DNA of 31,477 nucleotides from Chloroflexota bacterium (GCA_034190625.1 JAXHSX010000039.1:1-31477), one strand, 5' to 3'. Counted from the stretch's first letter, positions 8,100 to 16,769 are shown. Numbers and translations: made by a program. Notes: generated by a model from the letters alone, not told the origin.

Positions 8100-9572
8100 T
8101 TAGCTTCCTCCTAAACTGGTTATCATGAAGCTTACCACGGGATCAACTATTTTCAAACCCAGCTCGGGATATACGCCAAGTGCTACAGTGAGGATGACCA
8201 TTATAATTATAGGTATATATATAGATGGTGGAATTCCCTTTGCCTCCTTGGCTTTTTCCGAGATATCACTGGAGAAGAGGATCTTATTGATAGCTGGCAA
8301 ATAGTATACGAGAGAGAGCACACTATTTACTATGAGTAGGATCATGGCCACAATGCCCCAACCACCGACGTCGACACCTGCTCTACAGATGAAGAATTTA
8401 CTGATAAAGCCATTGAGCGGAGGCACACCAGCTAGTGCAAACCCAAAGAAGGCAAAGGCAACGCCAATCAATGGCAATTTACGCCCTATTCCCCGCATCT
8501 CCTCCAAATCCCTGGTTCCGATAGAATAAATAATAGCCCCAGCGCATAAAAAGGCTCCACCTTTTATCACAGCATGGTTTAGTATATGTAGAAATCCTCC
8601 GCGGAATCCATATTCGCCACCGGTGGAAAGATACGCGAAAGCTAATCCTACCCCCAATAAGATATATCCCATCTGAGCAATACTGGAATAAGCCAACATT
8701 CGTTTCAGGTCTCGCTGCACTATAGCTATGAAGTTGCCTACGAACATGCTGACGATGCCGAAGATAATTAATACCACTCCAGAATTGACTCCTGGTAATA
8801 CAGCCAGTGCTTTGATCATGGCGATGAATCCCGCTCCGATAATTATCCCTGACAACATGGCGCTTATTCCACTGGGAGCAGCACTATGCGCATCGGGGAG
8901 CCATGTGTGGAGAGGTACTATAGCTGCCTTTACCCCGAAGCCAATAATGATGAGTACAACCGCACCGATTGCCGTTAGAGAATCCATACCAGCAGTTAAA
9001 TTGGCTAAGATAGCGAGGTCTAAACTTCCGGTATACATGAATATCAGCGAGATGCCCATAAGAGCCATAAGGGAACCAGCAACGCTCATAAAGATATATT
9101 TTATCGCTGCTTCTATGGGTTCCCACCTATCTTTCTCGAAAGCAACTAAGACATAAGAAGGGATAGCCATAACCTCGAAGAAAACAAACATGTTAAATAA
9201 ATCACCAGCAAATCCAATTCCCACAATGCCGGCGATCATAATGAGCAAAAGGCTATAATATCTACCTAAACCATCAAAATGTTCCATATAGCTTATAGAG
9301 AAGAGGGATACTAATGCTCCAAGTCCCACCGCTACGAGTCCCAGGAATATAGCTAGACCATTGGCTTCAAGATAGGTTTGAGCTCCCCCGATGGACCATG
9401 TTAGTAACTCTGTTCCAGAACGAAGTGTGAAGATCTGGATGCCCGAGATCACTAAGAAGATAAAAGAAACGACTCCGGTATACTTAGGCTTGGGCAGCAG
9501 GCGAGCAAAAAGATAGCTTACGAGGGCTCCGATAAACAAGGTGATGATAGGTACAAGAGGTGTTACATTCAT
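8100..9572 (-). CDS. Antiporter-like proton-pumping subunit (NuoM/N, MbhH, HyfB family; about 490 aa)
   Basis: FVFFEVM, EAAIKY, KAAIVPLHTWLPDAHSAAPSGISA, KRMLAYSSI, GVPPLNGFISK. Start trimmed to ATG 9572. Confidence 0.9.
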   Translation of the reverse strand: MNVTPLVPIITLFIGALVSYLFARLLPKPKYTGVVSFIFLVISGIQIFTLRSGTELLTWSIGGAQTYLEANGLAIFLGLVAVGLGALVSLFSISYMEHFDGLGRYYSLLLIMIAGIVGIGFAGDLFNMFVFFEVMAIPSYVLVAFEKDRWEPIEAAIKYIFMSVAGSLMALMGISLIFMYTGSLDLAILANLTAGMDSLTAIGAVVLIIIGFGVKAAIVPLHTWLPDAHSAAPSGISAMLSGIIIGAGFIAMIKALAVLPGVNSGVVLIIFGIVSMFVGNFIAIVQRDLKRMLAYSSIAQMGYILLGVGLAFAYLSTGGEYGFRGGFLHILNHAVIKGGAFLCAGAIIYSIGTRDLEEMRGIGRKLPLIGVAFAFFGFALAGVPPLNGFISKFFICRAGVDVGGWGIVAMILLIVNSVLSLVYYLPAINKILFSSDISEKAKEAKGIPPSIYIPIIIMVILTVALGVYPELGLKIVDPVVSFMITSLGGS

Positions 9573-9658
9573 TACTCTTTCGCTCCACTTGAGTTGCTTC
9601 GCTTTAGCCGCAATACCATTACTTTGTTTCCAATCCGTTTTAATTCTTGGTTCTTCAT
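9572..9658 (-). CDS. Putative 28-aa bridging mini-ORF (MKNQELKRIGNKVMVLRLKRSNSSGAKE)
   Basis: The ATG overlaps the nuoL-like stop (ATGA) and its TAA overlaps the next ATG (TAATG). It fills the gap exactly. Confidence 0.3.
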   Translation of the reverse strand: MKNQELKRIGNKVMVLRLKRSNSSGAKE

Positions 9659-11430
9659 ACTGTCCAAACAAGTAGCAACACCAGGAATATGACAAACCCA
9701 ATGACTATTCCTAAGTTGTTATAATTCAAGTCTCCAGTTTGTATTCTCCTGAATTGCTGCCAAAACCTAAAGAGACCTCTAACACATTTATTATAGAAAA
9801 TATCAAACCAATAGGCTTTCATTAGAGGCAAAGTTAAAGCAGAGGGCTTTCTAAATGCATTGATGACAGTTGCCTTCCATTTTATGGTAAGTAGGGCTAT
9901 CAGAATGGCTACGCCAACGGTAATCCAGATAGTGGGACCGGCGAAGGCATGCTGGATGAAGTTCCCTAAAGTAATATGTGCTATGGAATAATGAGGAAGG
10001 GAAGAGGCCATGCTGGCGGTATAAGGTGATATGTAAAGCCAGAATAAAAGAGATGCCGCAGCCAACACTATCAGTGGTACTGTCATCTGCCAGGGCGCCT
10101 CGTGGATCTTCACCTTGCTTCTTCTATCACCCTGGAAAGTGAGCCAGTACATTCGCCAGGAGTAGGCAGCGGTTAAAAATGCCGTTATAGCAAGAAGTGC
10201 GAAAGCCTCATATAACCCTCCCGCGTGTAAATGTGCCAGAATCATGTGTTTAGAGAAGAAACCAGTCAAGACAGGAATTCCTACCAATGAGAGGAGACCG
10301 AGAATAGCGCAAATGTGGGTAATCTTCATGTGCTTGCGCAATCCTCCCATTTCACGCATGTCCTTGGTTCCTGTTACATAAATTATGGCGCCAGCGCAAA
10401 GGAACAAGAGGGCTTTGAATATTCCGTGAGATAAAAGATAGAATTTACTGGCTAGAATTGCGCCTGCTCCGATGGCTGCCATCATGTATCCCAGTTGGCT
10501 GATAGTGGAGTAGGCGAGCACCCGTTTAATATCCCATTCTGTTAAGGCTATAGTGGCTGCCAGGAATGCAGTTATAGTACCAATCCACAGTATCGCTGTA
10601 GACCACCCAGCTAATCCCATAAAGATAGGATAGCTACGAGCGAGCAGATATACTCCAGCATTGACTAAACAAGCAGCATGGATCAGAGAAGTAATCGTCG
10701 TGGGAGCCACCATAGCATCAGGTAACCAAACGTGAAGAGGAAATTGGGCTGACTTGCCCACTGCCCCTGCGATAAATCCGGCACCCGCTAGTCCAAGAAG
10801 GACAGGAGAGACGGTACTCGCGACGTTCATTATCTCGAAGACGTTGAGGCTTCCTGTAGCGTGCCATAGGATCAATATTCCAGCTAAGAATCCAATATCC
10901 CCTATCCTTGTTACGATAAACGCTTTGGTTCCCGCAGGTATCGGTTCGGGATCGTGGTAGTAGTAACCAATCAAAGCATAAGAGCAAAAACCAATGATCT
11001 CCCAGAAGATGTACATAACCAAAAGGTTACTGGTTAAAGCCAGACCAATCATGCCGCCGATGAAGAACAAGGTCTGCCAGTAGTATCGTGAAAGAGAATA
11101 CTCATGCTCAGCGTGCTTCATATAGCGTATGGAGTATAATAGAGCCAACGCTCCAATACACCCGGCAATTATGGCGACAAAGACACTTAAAGAGTCAAGA
11201 CAAATCCCTAGGCTGATATTTGCTCCCGGTATCCACAGAAAGTCATTGACGCTACCTTCTGTAATAGAAGGAATGAGTGATAGAGTTAAACCAGCGGTGA
11301 TAAATCCCAGAGTAATGGCATATATAGTTCTCGCTTTGGGGCTTATCTTCTCGACAACGTAACAAAAAGGCCCGCCTATTATCGGTATGACTACAGCCAG
11401 TATAGCGATTAGTGTGCTGCTTTCCATCAT
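9655..11430 (-). CDS. nuoL: NuoL-like antiporter subunit (591 aa)
   Basis: FWEIIGFCSYALIGY, TRIGD, GKSAQFPLHVWLPDAM, IKRVLAYSTISQLG, HGIFKALLFL, GFFSK, C-terminal QTG. Confidence 0.92.
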   Translation of the reverse strand: MMESSTLIAILAVVIPIIGGPFCYVVEKISPKARTIYAITLGFITAGLTLSLIPSITEGSVNDFLWIPGANISLGICLDSLSVFVAIIAGCIGALALLYSIRYMKHAEHEYSLSRYYWQTLFFIGGMIGLALTSNLLVMYIFWEIIGFCSYALIGYYYHDPEPIPAGTKAFIVTRIGDIGFLAGILILWHATGSLNVFEIMNVASTVSPVLLGLAGAGFIAGAVGKSAQFPLHVWLPDAMVAPTTITSLIHAACLVNAGVYLLARSYPIFMGLAGWSTAILWIGTITAFLAATIALTEWDIKRVLAYSTISQLGYMMAAIGAGAILASKFYLLSHGIFKALLFLCAGAIIYVTGTKDMREMGGLRKHMKITHICAILGLLSLVGIPVLTGFFSKHMILAHLHAGGLYEAFALLAITAFLTAAYSWRMYWLTFQGDRRSKVKIHEAPWQMTVPLIVLAAASLLFWLYISPYTASMASSLPHYSIAHITLGNFIQHAFAGPTIWITVGVAILIALLTIKWKATVINAFRKPSALTLPLMKAYWFDIFYNKCVRGLFRFWQQFRRIQTGDLNYNNLGIVIGFVIFLVLLLVWTV

Positions 11431-11736
11431 TTATCCGCGAAGTTTCTTGAGGTCATCAATGTCAAGAGTTCCTGTATGTCGGTAAGACCTTACTATCAAA
11501 GCCATGGCAACAGCGGCAGTAATTGCTTCAATGACTATGATGGTTATCACGATAGCCTGGGCGATTTGCTCGTTGCCCTGGAAAAAACCGGCGAGAATAA
11601 AGCTCAAGGTAACTCCTTTGGCAATTACCTCAATGCCGATGAGTAACTGAACTATGTTCTTTCTGGCTATCAGACAATAAATCCCAATGCCGATAAGTAT
11701 GACAATGGCCAGCATGTAAAGTTGCCACAAGTTCAT
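11431..11736 (-). CDS. nuoK: NuoK/MnhC-like subunit (101 aa)
   Basis: Three helices with GIE and IEA conserved Glu; ends TLDIDDLKKLRG; ATGA coupled to the upstream gene. Confidence 0.9.
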   Translation of the reverse strand: MNLWQLYMLAIVILIGIGIYCLIARKNIVQLLIGIEVIAKGVTLSFILAGFFQGNEQIAQAIVITIIVIEAITAAVAMALIVRSYRHTGTLDIDDLKKLRG

Positions 11737-11960
11737 CGCTGTATCCTTTCCTTGACTAGTGTGAGAATGCCGAGGGTTCCTGATAAAATGATTAACAATT
11801 GTAGGAAAACATCAAGCGAGCGAAATTCCCAGAGTGCTTGGCTGAATGACTTAGCAACAGTGAGGCTAATATCAGGCTGGGGTGGAGGAATAAGTAGTGC
11901 AATAGAAAAGCCGATGAAAACCAAGGTTGCTATTATACCTATTATCTCTTTTGTATTCAT
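11733..11960 (-). CDS. Small membrane subunit, MbhE/MnhB N-terminal-like (NuoJ C-half equivalent; 75 aa)
   Basis: Two hydrophobic helices; WEFRSLDVFLQ resembles the xxRxxDTxxE motif. Confidence 0.65.
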   Translation of the reverse strand: MNTKEIIGIIATLVFIGFSIALLIPPPQPDISLTVAKSFSQALWEFRSLDVFLQLLIILSGTLGILTLVKERIQR

Positions 11961-11961
11961 T

Positions 11962-12228
11962 TTACTTTCTTTTGGTTAAGCTGATGACAGAGACAAATAA
12001 AGCTGTAATCAATCCGGCGCAGATAGAAAGTTCAAATACTCCAGCGTAGGGAGAGTCAAGCTTGAAAAATATTATTGCTATCATTACGCTCAACACTGCC
12101 AGTGAAATGGCAGAAAAAAGCATTTCTTTGAAGCGTACTGCCAAAACAGCCGAGGCAATAGCGGCAATAATTAAAACGATACTGATAGCGTCAATTGGCA
12201 CTAGCTTTGCCTCCAAAGGTGCTTCCAT
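11962..12228 (-). CDS. DUF4040/MbhD-like small membrane subunit (NuoJ N-half equivalent; 88 aa)
   Basis: Three helices; LDSPYAGVFELSICAG resembles the APxxAxxExxVGAG motif. Confidence 0.7.
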   Translation of the reverse strand: MEAPLEAKLVPIDAISIVLIIAAIASAVLAVRFKEMLFSAISLAVLSVMIAIIFFKLDSPYAGVFELSICAGLITALFVSVISLTKRK

Positions 12229-12389
12229 TCCCCCAAGGGTTTTTTCTCAGCAGGATAAAAGAAGCAACTATAAAATCCACAGTGGTGGGGAATAACGTCT
12301 CTGCTCGGTTTGCAGTTTCTGACTCCTATAAAAATCAGGACGATAAGAATAGGAATACAGGTAGAGAGTATAATCAGCGCATCTGTCAC
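12201..12389 (-). CDS. Small single-TM Cys/His-rich hypothetical protein (62 aa), first ORF after the promoter
   Basis: GTG start with GGAGGG RBS; hydrophobic N-terminus; overlaps the next gene by 28 nt. Confidence 0.45.
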   Translation of the reverse strand: MTDALIILSTCIPILIVLIFIGVRNCKPSRDVIPHHCGFYSCFFYPAEKKPLGEWKHLWRQS

Positions 12390-12427
12390 TGGTTTTTCCC
12401 TCCACTAATCATAATACAGATATGTAT

Positions 12428-12456
12428 ATTATAAACAGGTTTTAAAGCATCGTCAA
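12428..12456 (-). promoter_or_regulatory. Sigma70-type promoter of the membrane-complex operon
   Basis: Minus strand TTGACG (12456-12451), N17, TATAAT (12433-12428). Confidence 0.8.
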
Positions 12457-12541
12457 TGGGTCTTTGAAGCGTAGATAGAAAAATATTAAAGAGTCTCTAC
12501 CATTTTTAGGTTGATAGCAAGGGAGATATAGATGTAACGTC

Positions 12542-12970
12542 CTAAACTATCATGGCTATCTTAAATAATCGCTGGGTATCCGTATGTAGCTCTTGCCATA
12601 TCTTGGGAATATTATCCTGTTCTATCCACAAAGCCTCGCCAACATCGCTATCTGCCCTGAGTTCTCCGCCCAACAACCTGGCGATATAATCAATATAGAT
12701 AACATGTAAGGTAGTTTTTTTATGAATTTTAACAATACGATCGAAGGAAACTAAAGGGGTGATCAGTTCTATCTCCAGATTTGTCTCTTCTTTAACCTCT
12801 CTTCTAATCCCTTCTATAATTTCCTCACCGTACTCAAGTTTTCCTCCTGGGCAAATCCATTTTCCTTGCCAGTAACCACCTCGCTCCTTCTTGTGTCTCA
12901 CGATAAGTATTCTATCTTTATCATCCTTGATAATTGCTCCAACAGCTACTAGTATATGTTCCGCTGTCAC
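12542..12970 (-). CDS. Nudix hydrolase (142 aa)
   Basis: Nudix box GGKLEYGEEIIEGIRREVKEETNL; GTG start 2 nt after the protease stop. Confidence 0.92.
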   Translation of the reverse strand: MTAEHILVAVGAIIKDDKDRILIVRHKKERGGYWQGKWICPGGKLEYGEEIIEGIRREVKEETNLEIELITPLVSFDRIVKIHKKTTLHVIYIDYIARLLGGELRADSDVGEALWIEQDNIPKIWQELHTDTQRLFKIAMIV

Positions 12971-12972
12971 CT

Positions 12973-13431
12973 TTAACCTCGAATGGTTTCTTCCATGACC
13001 ATCCTAACCGCTTCAGGAATAACTCGCTCTACGTCGGGTGTGCATTTCTCACTAAACTTAGTAACGTCTTTTACTTCTATAGCGAATATGGTGATCTTTC
13101 GGGGCATTGGTAAGTTAAGTAGCTTGCCTAATTCTAGAGCAGTGACTAAGTTTATTTGATGGGGTGATGAAGGATGTTTAGCAAAGGAGAAATCTTGCGG
13201 TTCCATACAATATATCTGGCCTACTTTTCCTTCCTTAGTTTGGATGGCATCAATAATAATAACTTCGTCATAGCCTACGACATAATCTAAAAAGCTGAGG
13301 CCAGCTAAACTCGACTCAGCTACAGTAACTTGGGGGTTACTAAAGGTCTTGCTTATTTCTTGTACTACCCTAATACCTACAGCGTCGTCACAAAGAATGG
13401 GATTTCCCAGTCCTAGAATCAATGTTTTCAT
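12973..13431 (-). CDS. HyaD/HupD-type hydrogenase maturation protease (152 aa)
   Basis: LGLGNPILCDDAVG, IIIDAI, SPHQINL. Confidence 0.92.
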   Translation of the reverse strand: MKTLILGLGNPILCDDAVGIRVVQEISKTFSNPQVTVAESSLAGLSFLDYVVGYDEVIIIDAIQTKEGKVGQIYCMEPQDFSFAKHPSSPHQINLVTALELGKLLNLPMPRKITIFAIEVKDVTKFSEKCTPDVERVIPEAVRMVMEETIRG

Positions 13432-13467
13432 TTCGCTTCATGAAACATTAGTTGATTCGCCCTGTAA

Positions 13468-13695
13468 TTATGAGTGTAGCGAAAGATCGCATTGTTTAGG
13501 TAATGTAATAGCCCTAAACTTGAAATTCTTGCCTCTTGACTTTCCGCCAAGATCAAGCAATTGAGCCAAGGTTTTAGCCTCTCTCAAGCCTCGTGGTGGT
13601 TGGGTACAGCCATCGCAGCCTGTGATTAGAATGGAATTGTAAGGGGACAGGAAATCGAAAATTTCATCTAAAGGTTTTTGACTTGTTATTATCAC
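13468..13695 (-). pseudogene. metV: Truncated metV copy (75 aa; 5' third only)
   Basis: Near-identical to the first ~70 aa of the 20410..21057 product, then diverges after KQCD and stops. The C-terminal Fe-S/Zn domain is missing. Confidence 0.85.
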
Positions 13696-13708
13696 TGCCT
13701 AGTCTCCT
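13486..13708. repeat. Direct repeat copy A (223 bp)
   Basis: Aligns ungapped to 20848..21070 with 10 mismatches by manual count. Confidence 0.95.
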
Positions 13709-14858
13709 GGGAACAATCGCTTTCTATTCTTTCCTTAAACTGCTGAAGTTCTTTACGGAAAGTATCAGGATATCTTGGAGATACAGAACAGAAATGAAGT
13801 CTCTCTGCAAGGCCAATTTGGCTTAAGATTTTCTTCAAAGCTGTGGTTGACCTTTTAGCCTCCTTACTTCCTGTCTTCGATTTGCAATCTTCCTCAGGGC
13901 AGGCTGCTATCAATATGCCGTCTACGCTGTTCTGAAAAGCCTCTACGATATGCAGGGGATCAACTCTCGCAGCACAGGGTAAATCTATAACACGAACATT
14001 AGAATCAAATTCTTCACCAAGTGGGGGAAAAGTGGACCATTGACAACGAAATACCATAATTTTTGGTGTTTTCATCTCTGAGGATAGCTTAGATATTAAT
14101 GCTGATATGAGATCTTCTTCCCAGTGATCGAGATCTAAAGCGAAAGCGGGGCATAGGGTGACACATAAGCCGCAGCCACGGCACAATTCTAGGTCGAAGC
14201 TAGCCGCTCCGCTCTCTAGTTTGGCAGCATCGTAGGGACAATAGAATGCACAGTTACCACAAGCGATACATTTATTCCTATCTACTTTGACTTTCAGGGT
14301 ATGCCGCTTAAGCTTGATCATATCTTTGCCATAGCCAAGCTGTTCTAGCACAAGATTAAGTGCTATGACTCTGCGGCCGGTTATTGAGCTCCCCCTGTCA
14401 AATCGGCAGTAATCCTCATCACAGGCAAGGATGTTGATGCTTTTTATACCTAGGGGAATAATTTTCAATAATATCTCTGATGGGATACGACCAACACAGG
14501 GAACAGACAAGGGTATGAAGTTCGAAGTTCCGAAGAGCTTCCCCACATCTTCAAAATCCGGGGCACATCCTTTACACATAATAACTAATGAATCGGATTC
14601 ATATTCCTGCTTTGCCCTCTTTATGTATCTGAACAAGGAATCTATATCGTAGTAAATAACGTCGATAGCTCCAGCGGGGCAAGTGGAGTAGCAAATTGCG
14701 CAGGACTGACACTTCTCTATCTCCAGGAGCATTTTGCCTGTTTCAGAGTCTTTTTTTATTGCGTCAAAAGGACAAGCTGAGGCGCACATAGTACAGCTGC
14801 TACAGGATTCCTCGTTTATTCTAAGGGCAACTTTTTGTTTATTGTCTGATAGTTCCAA
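13692..14858 (-). CDS. Tandem [2x4Fe-4S ferredoxin + MvhD-like domain] x2 protein (388 aa)
   Basis: Four CxxCxxCxxxCP motifs in two pairs. Each pair is followed by an MvhD-like domain (MCKGC..VPCVGR..ACDEDYC; FRCQWS..LPCAARVDP..ACPEEDC). TTG start with AGGAG RBS. Confidence 0.85.
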   Translation of the reverse strand: MELSDNKQKVALRINEESCSSCTMCASACPFDAIKKDSETGKMLLEIEKCQSCAICYSTCPAGAIDVIYYDIDSLFRYIKRAKQEYESDSLVIMCKGCAPDFEDVGKLFGTSNFIPLSVPCVGRIPSEILLKIIPLGIKSINILACDEDYCRFDRGSSITGRRVIALNLVLEQLGYGKDMIKLKRHTLKVKVDRNKCIACGNCAFYCPYDAAKLESGAASFDLELCRGCGLCVTLCPAFALDLDHWEEDLISALISKLSSEMKTPKIMVFRCQWSTFPPLGEEFDSNVRVIDLPCAARVDPLHIVEAFQNSVDGILIAACPEEDCKSKTGSKEAKRSTTALKKILSQIGLAERLHFCSVSPRYPDTFRKELQQFKERIESDCSQETRQ

Positions 14859-14890
14859 TCAATCCTCTCCTTTTTAATTATTTTGGAGAA

Positions 14891-16738
14891 TCATAATGCT
14901 GCGTAGGTATGGGCTATAGTCTCTAATAGCTTATCTTTGCTAGCAATTGCTTCAGAAGGACAGGCAGCGATACATACACCACATCGCTTGCACTTAAGGT
15001 CGTCTATATGTGCTACTGACCCTTTCTCGGACTTTTCAAGTTGGATGGCGCTATAAGGACATAGTGCGATGCAAACCATACACCCGCTACATAGCTCTTG
15101 ATTTACTTCAATCTCCGGTATCTCGAACTGAAGCTCTAGTGCCACACATGCTTTACAACTCCTACATGGGCCACAGCAGAGACACCTTCGAGCCTCTTCT
15201 ACTGCTTCTTCTAGAGTGAATCCTTTCTCAAAGATTTCGAAGTTTAGCCTTTCTTCTACAGGAGCCCATACTAGTTCGGGTTGAGCTTTGTAGTCTATAG
15301 ATTTTGGGATAGCTGCACCTTCATATTCTCTTTCTCGTCCAACTTTAAGGTCTTCGCCCTTTAAGTAGCGGTCTATGGATTCTGCAGCTATCATCCCATC
15401 TCTCATAGCATCTGCGGCAAAACCTATCCGCTTCACATCACCCCCAATAAAAATTCCTTCTTTGCGATTACTCATGAGAGTAAACGGATCAACATCAAGC
15501 CTGCCTTTATCGTTTATCAAGTCTCCCTGCTGTAAGAATGCTCGCTCTGGGCCTTGCCCAATGGTGACCAGCAGCACATCGCCTTCAAGATATATTATAT
15601 CATTAAGGTCAAACTTTGGATTGAATCCGCTTTCATCAAAGACAGATGTACATCGGGGGCATTCTATTTTTCTGAATTGTCCATTCTCACCAATTATCTT
15701 GTTTATTCCACGAGAATAAGTTATCTTTATTCCTTCTTCGTTAGCGCCTTCTATTTCTTCTATATCAGCCGGAATTCCATCTTTAAAGCACTTATCTTGA
15801 CATTCAAGACATACGACGGAAATATCTCCACCAAGTCGTCGGGCGGTTCTTGCAACATCAAATGCTACATTACCACCTCCCACTACTATCACTCTTTTGC
15901 CCTGAAAGAGTCCAGGGGAAACATTCCCTCGATTCGCATCGTAGAGTAGATTCAATCCGAACATGACTCCCTCCATATCTGCCCCTTCTACCATTTCCCT
16001 TTCGAAGGTGAGTGGTCTGGGGGAAGGAGTACCGGTGGCAATGAATACGGCTTTGTAGCCTTCCGCTTTAAGGTCGTTCAGGGTTTTACCTCCATTGCCC
16101 ATTTTGACCCCATATTCAACCTTGACATTGGCAACTCTTACTAAGTTATTCATAGTAATGTCCATTACATCTCTGGGAAGGCGATAACGGGGAATATACC
16201 CGAGAGCACCTCCTAGCTGGGAATCTTTTTCCAGGATAGTTACGGAATAATCTTTTTTACTTAGCATGTAGGCACACATTAATCCACCAGGTCCTCCTCC
16301 GATCACAGCAATCTTTCCTTTGCCAGGGGAAGCAAATGGGGGTTTGGTCTCCAGATATGGAATATAGTAATCGGAGAGAAATCGTTTGAGCATTCTCCTT
16401 CTCACTGCTCCAGTGTGGTCTTTATAATTGCACTCTTTTTCACATAGTCCGCAGATATAACCACATACTGTGAATAGAGGATTCTTATCAAAAATTTCAT
16501 CACCTATCTTTATTATCTGACTGGAAGCCTCTTGGGTGTTCAGAGGGAGAAGTGAGATCATGGTATTGGTTCGCTGAATATCCTCTCCGATAGGACAAGC
16601 TATCTGGCAGGGAGGCAAGTATACCTTCCCGCTCATCTCATCAATCACTTCCTCGACCCGAGCCCGGTCTTTTTGAGAACTAATCTTTTCTTCCTTGACT
16701 TTCCCTGTTTTTTCCCTCTTACGAAAAATATTACGCAT
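14891..16738 (-). CDS. GltD/NfnB-like FAD-dependent oxidoreductase with a C-terminal ferredoxin (615 aa)
   Basis: PPCQIACP..CGYICGLCEKEC; IGGGPGG; VGGGNVAFDVAR; RRCLCCGPCRSCKAC; two C-terminal CxxCxxCxxxCP motifs. Confidence 0.88.
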   Translation of the reverse strand: MRNIFRKREKTGKVKEEKISSQKDRARVEEVIDEMSGKVYLPPCQIACPIGEDIQRTNTMISLLPLNTQEASSQIIKIGDEIFDKNPLFTVCGYICGLCEKECNYKDHTGAVRRRMLKRFLSDYYIPYLETKPPFASPGKGKIAVIGGGPGGLMCAYMLSKKDYSVTILEKDSQLGGALGYIPRYRLPRDVMDITMNNLVRVANVKVEYGVKMGNGGKTLNDLKAEGYKAVFIATGTPSPRPLTFEREMVEGADMEGVMFGLNLLYDANRGNVSPGLFQGKRVIVVGGGNVAFDVARTARRLGGDISVVCLECQDKCFKDGIPADIEEIEGANEEGIKITYSRGINKIIGENGQFRKIECPRCTSVFDESGFNPKFDLNDIIYLEGDVLLVTIGQGPERAFLQQGDLINDKGRLDVDPFTLMSNRKEGIFIGGDVKRIGFAADAMRDGMIAAESIDRYLKGEDLKVGREREYEGAAIPKSIDYKAQPELVWAPVEERLNFEIFEKGFTLEEAVEEARRCLCCGPCRSCKACVALELQFEIPEIEVNQELCSGCMVCIALCPYSAIQLEKSEKGSVAHIDDLKCKRCGVCIAACPSEAIASKDKLLETIAHTYAAL

Positions 16739-16769
16739 TATCTAGTCTCCACATTAGCTTATTCGGTCT

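Noticed and set aside
543-12228. Calling the operon a canonical NADH:quinone oxidoreductase (complex I)
   Set aside because: There is no nuoEFG, only two antiporter subunits, D1 is a NiFe enzyme, and D2 lacks the quinone-site Tyr.
12429-12446. Imperfect palindrome TTATAAAC-AG-GTTTTAAA in the promoter spacer
   Set aside because: Only 6 of 8 positions pair in AT-rich DNA, and it does not match Rex, FNR or the arsR repeat.
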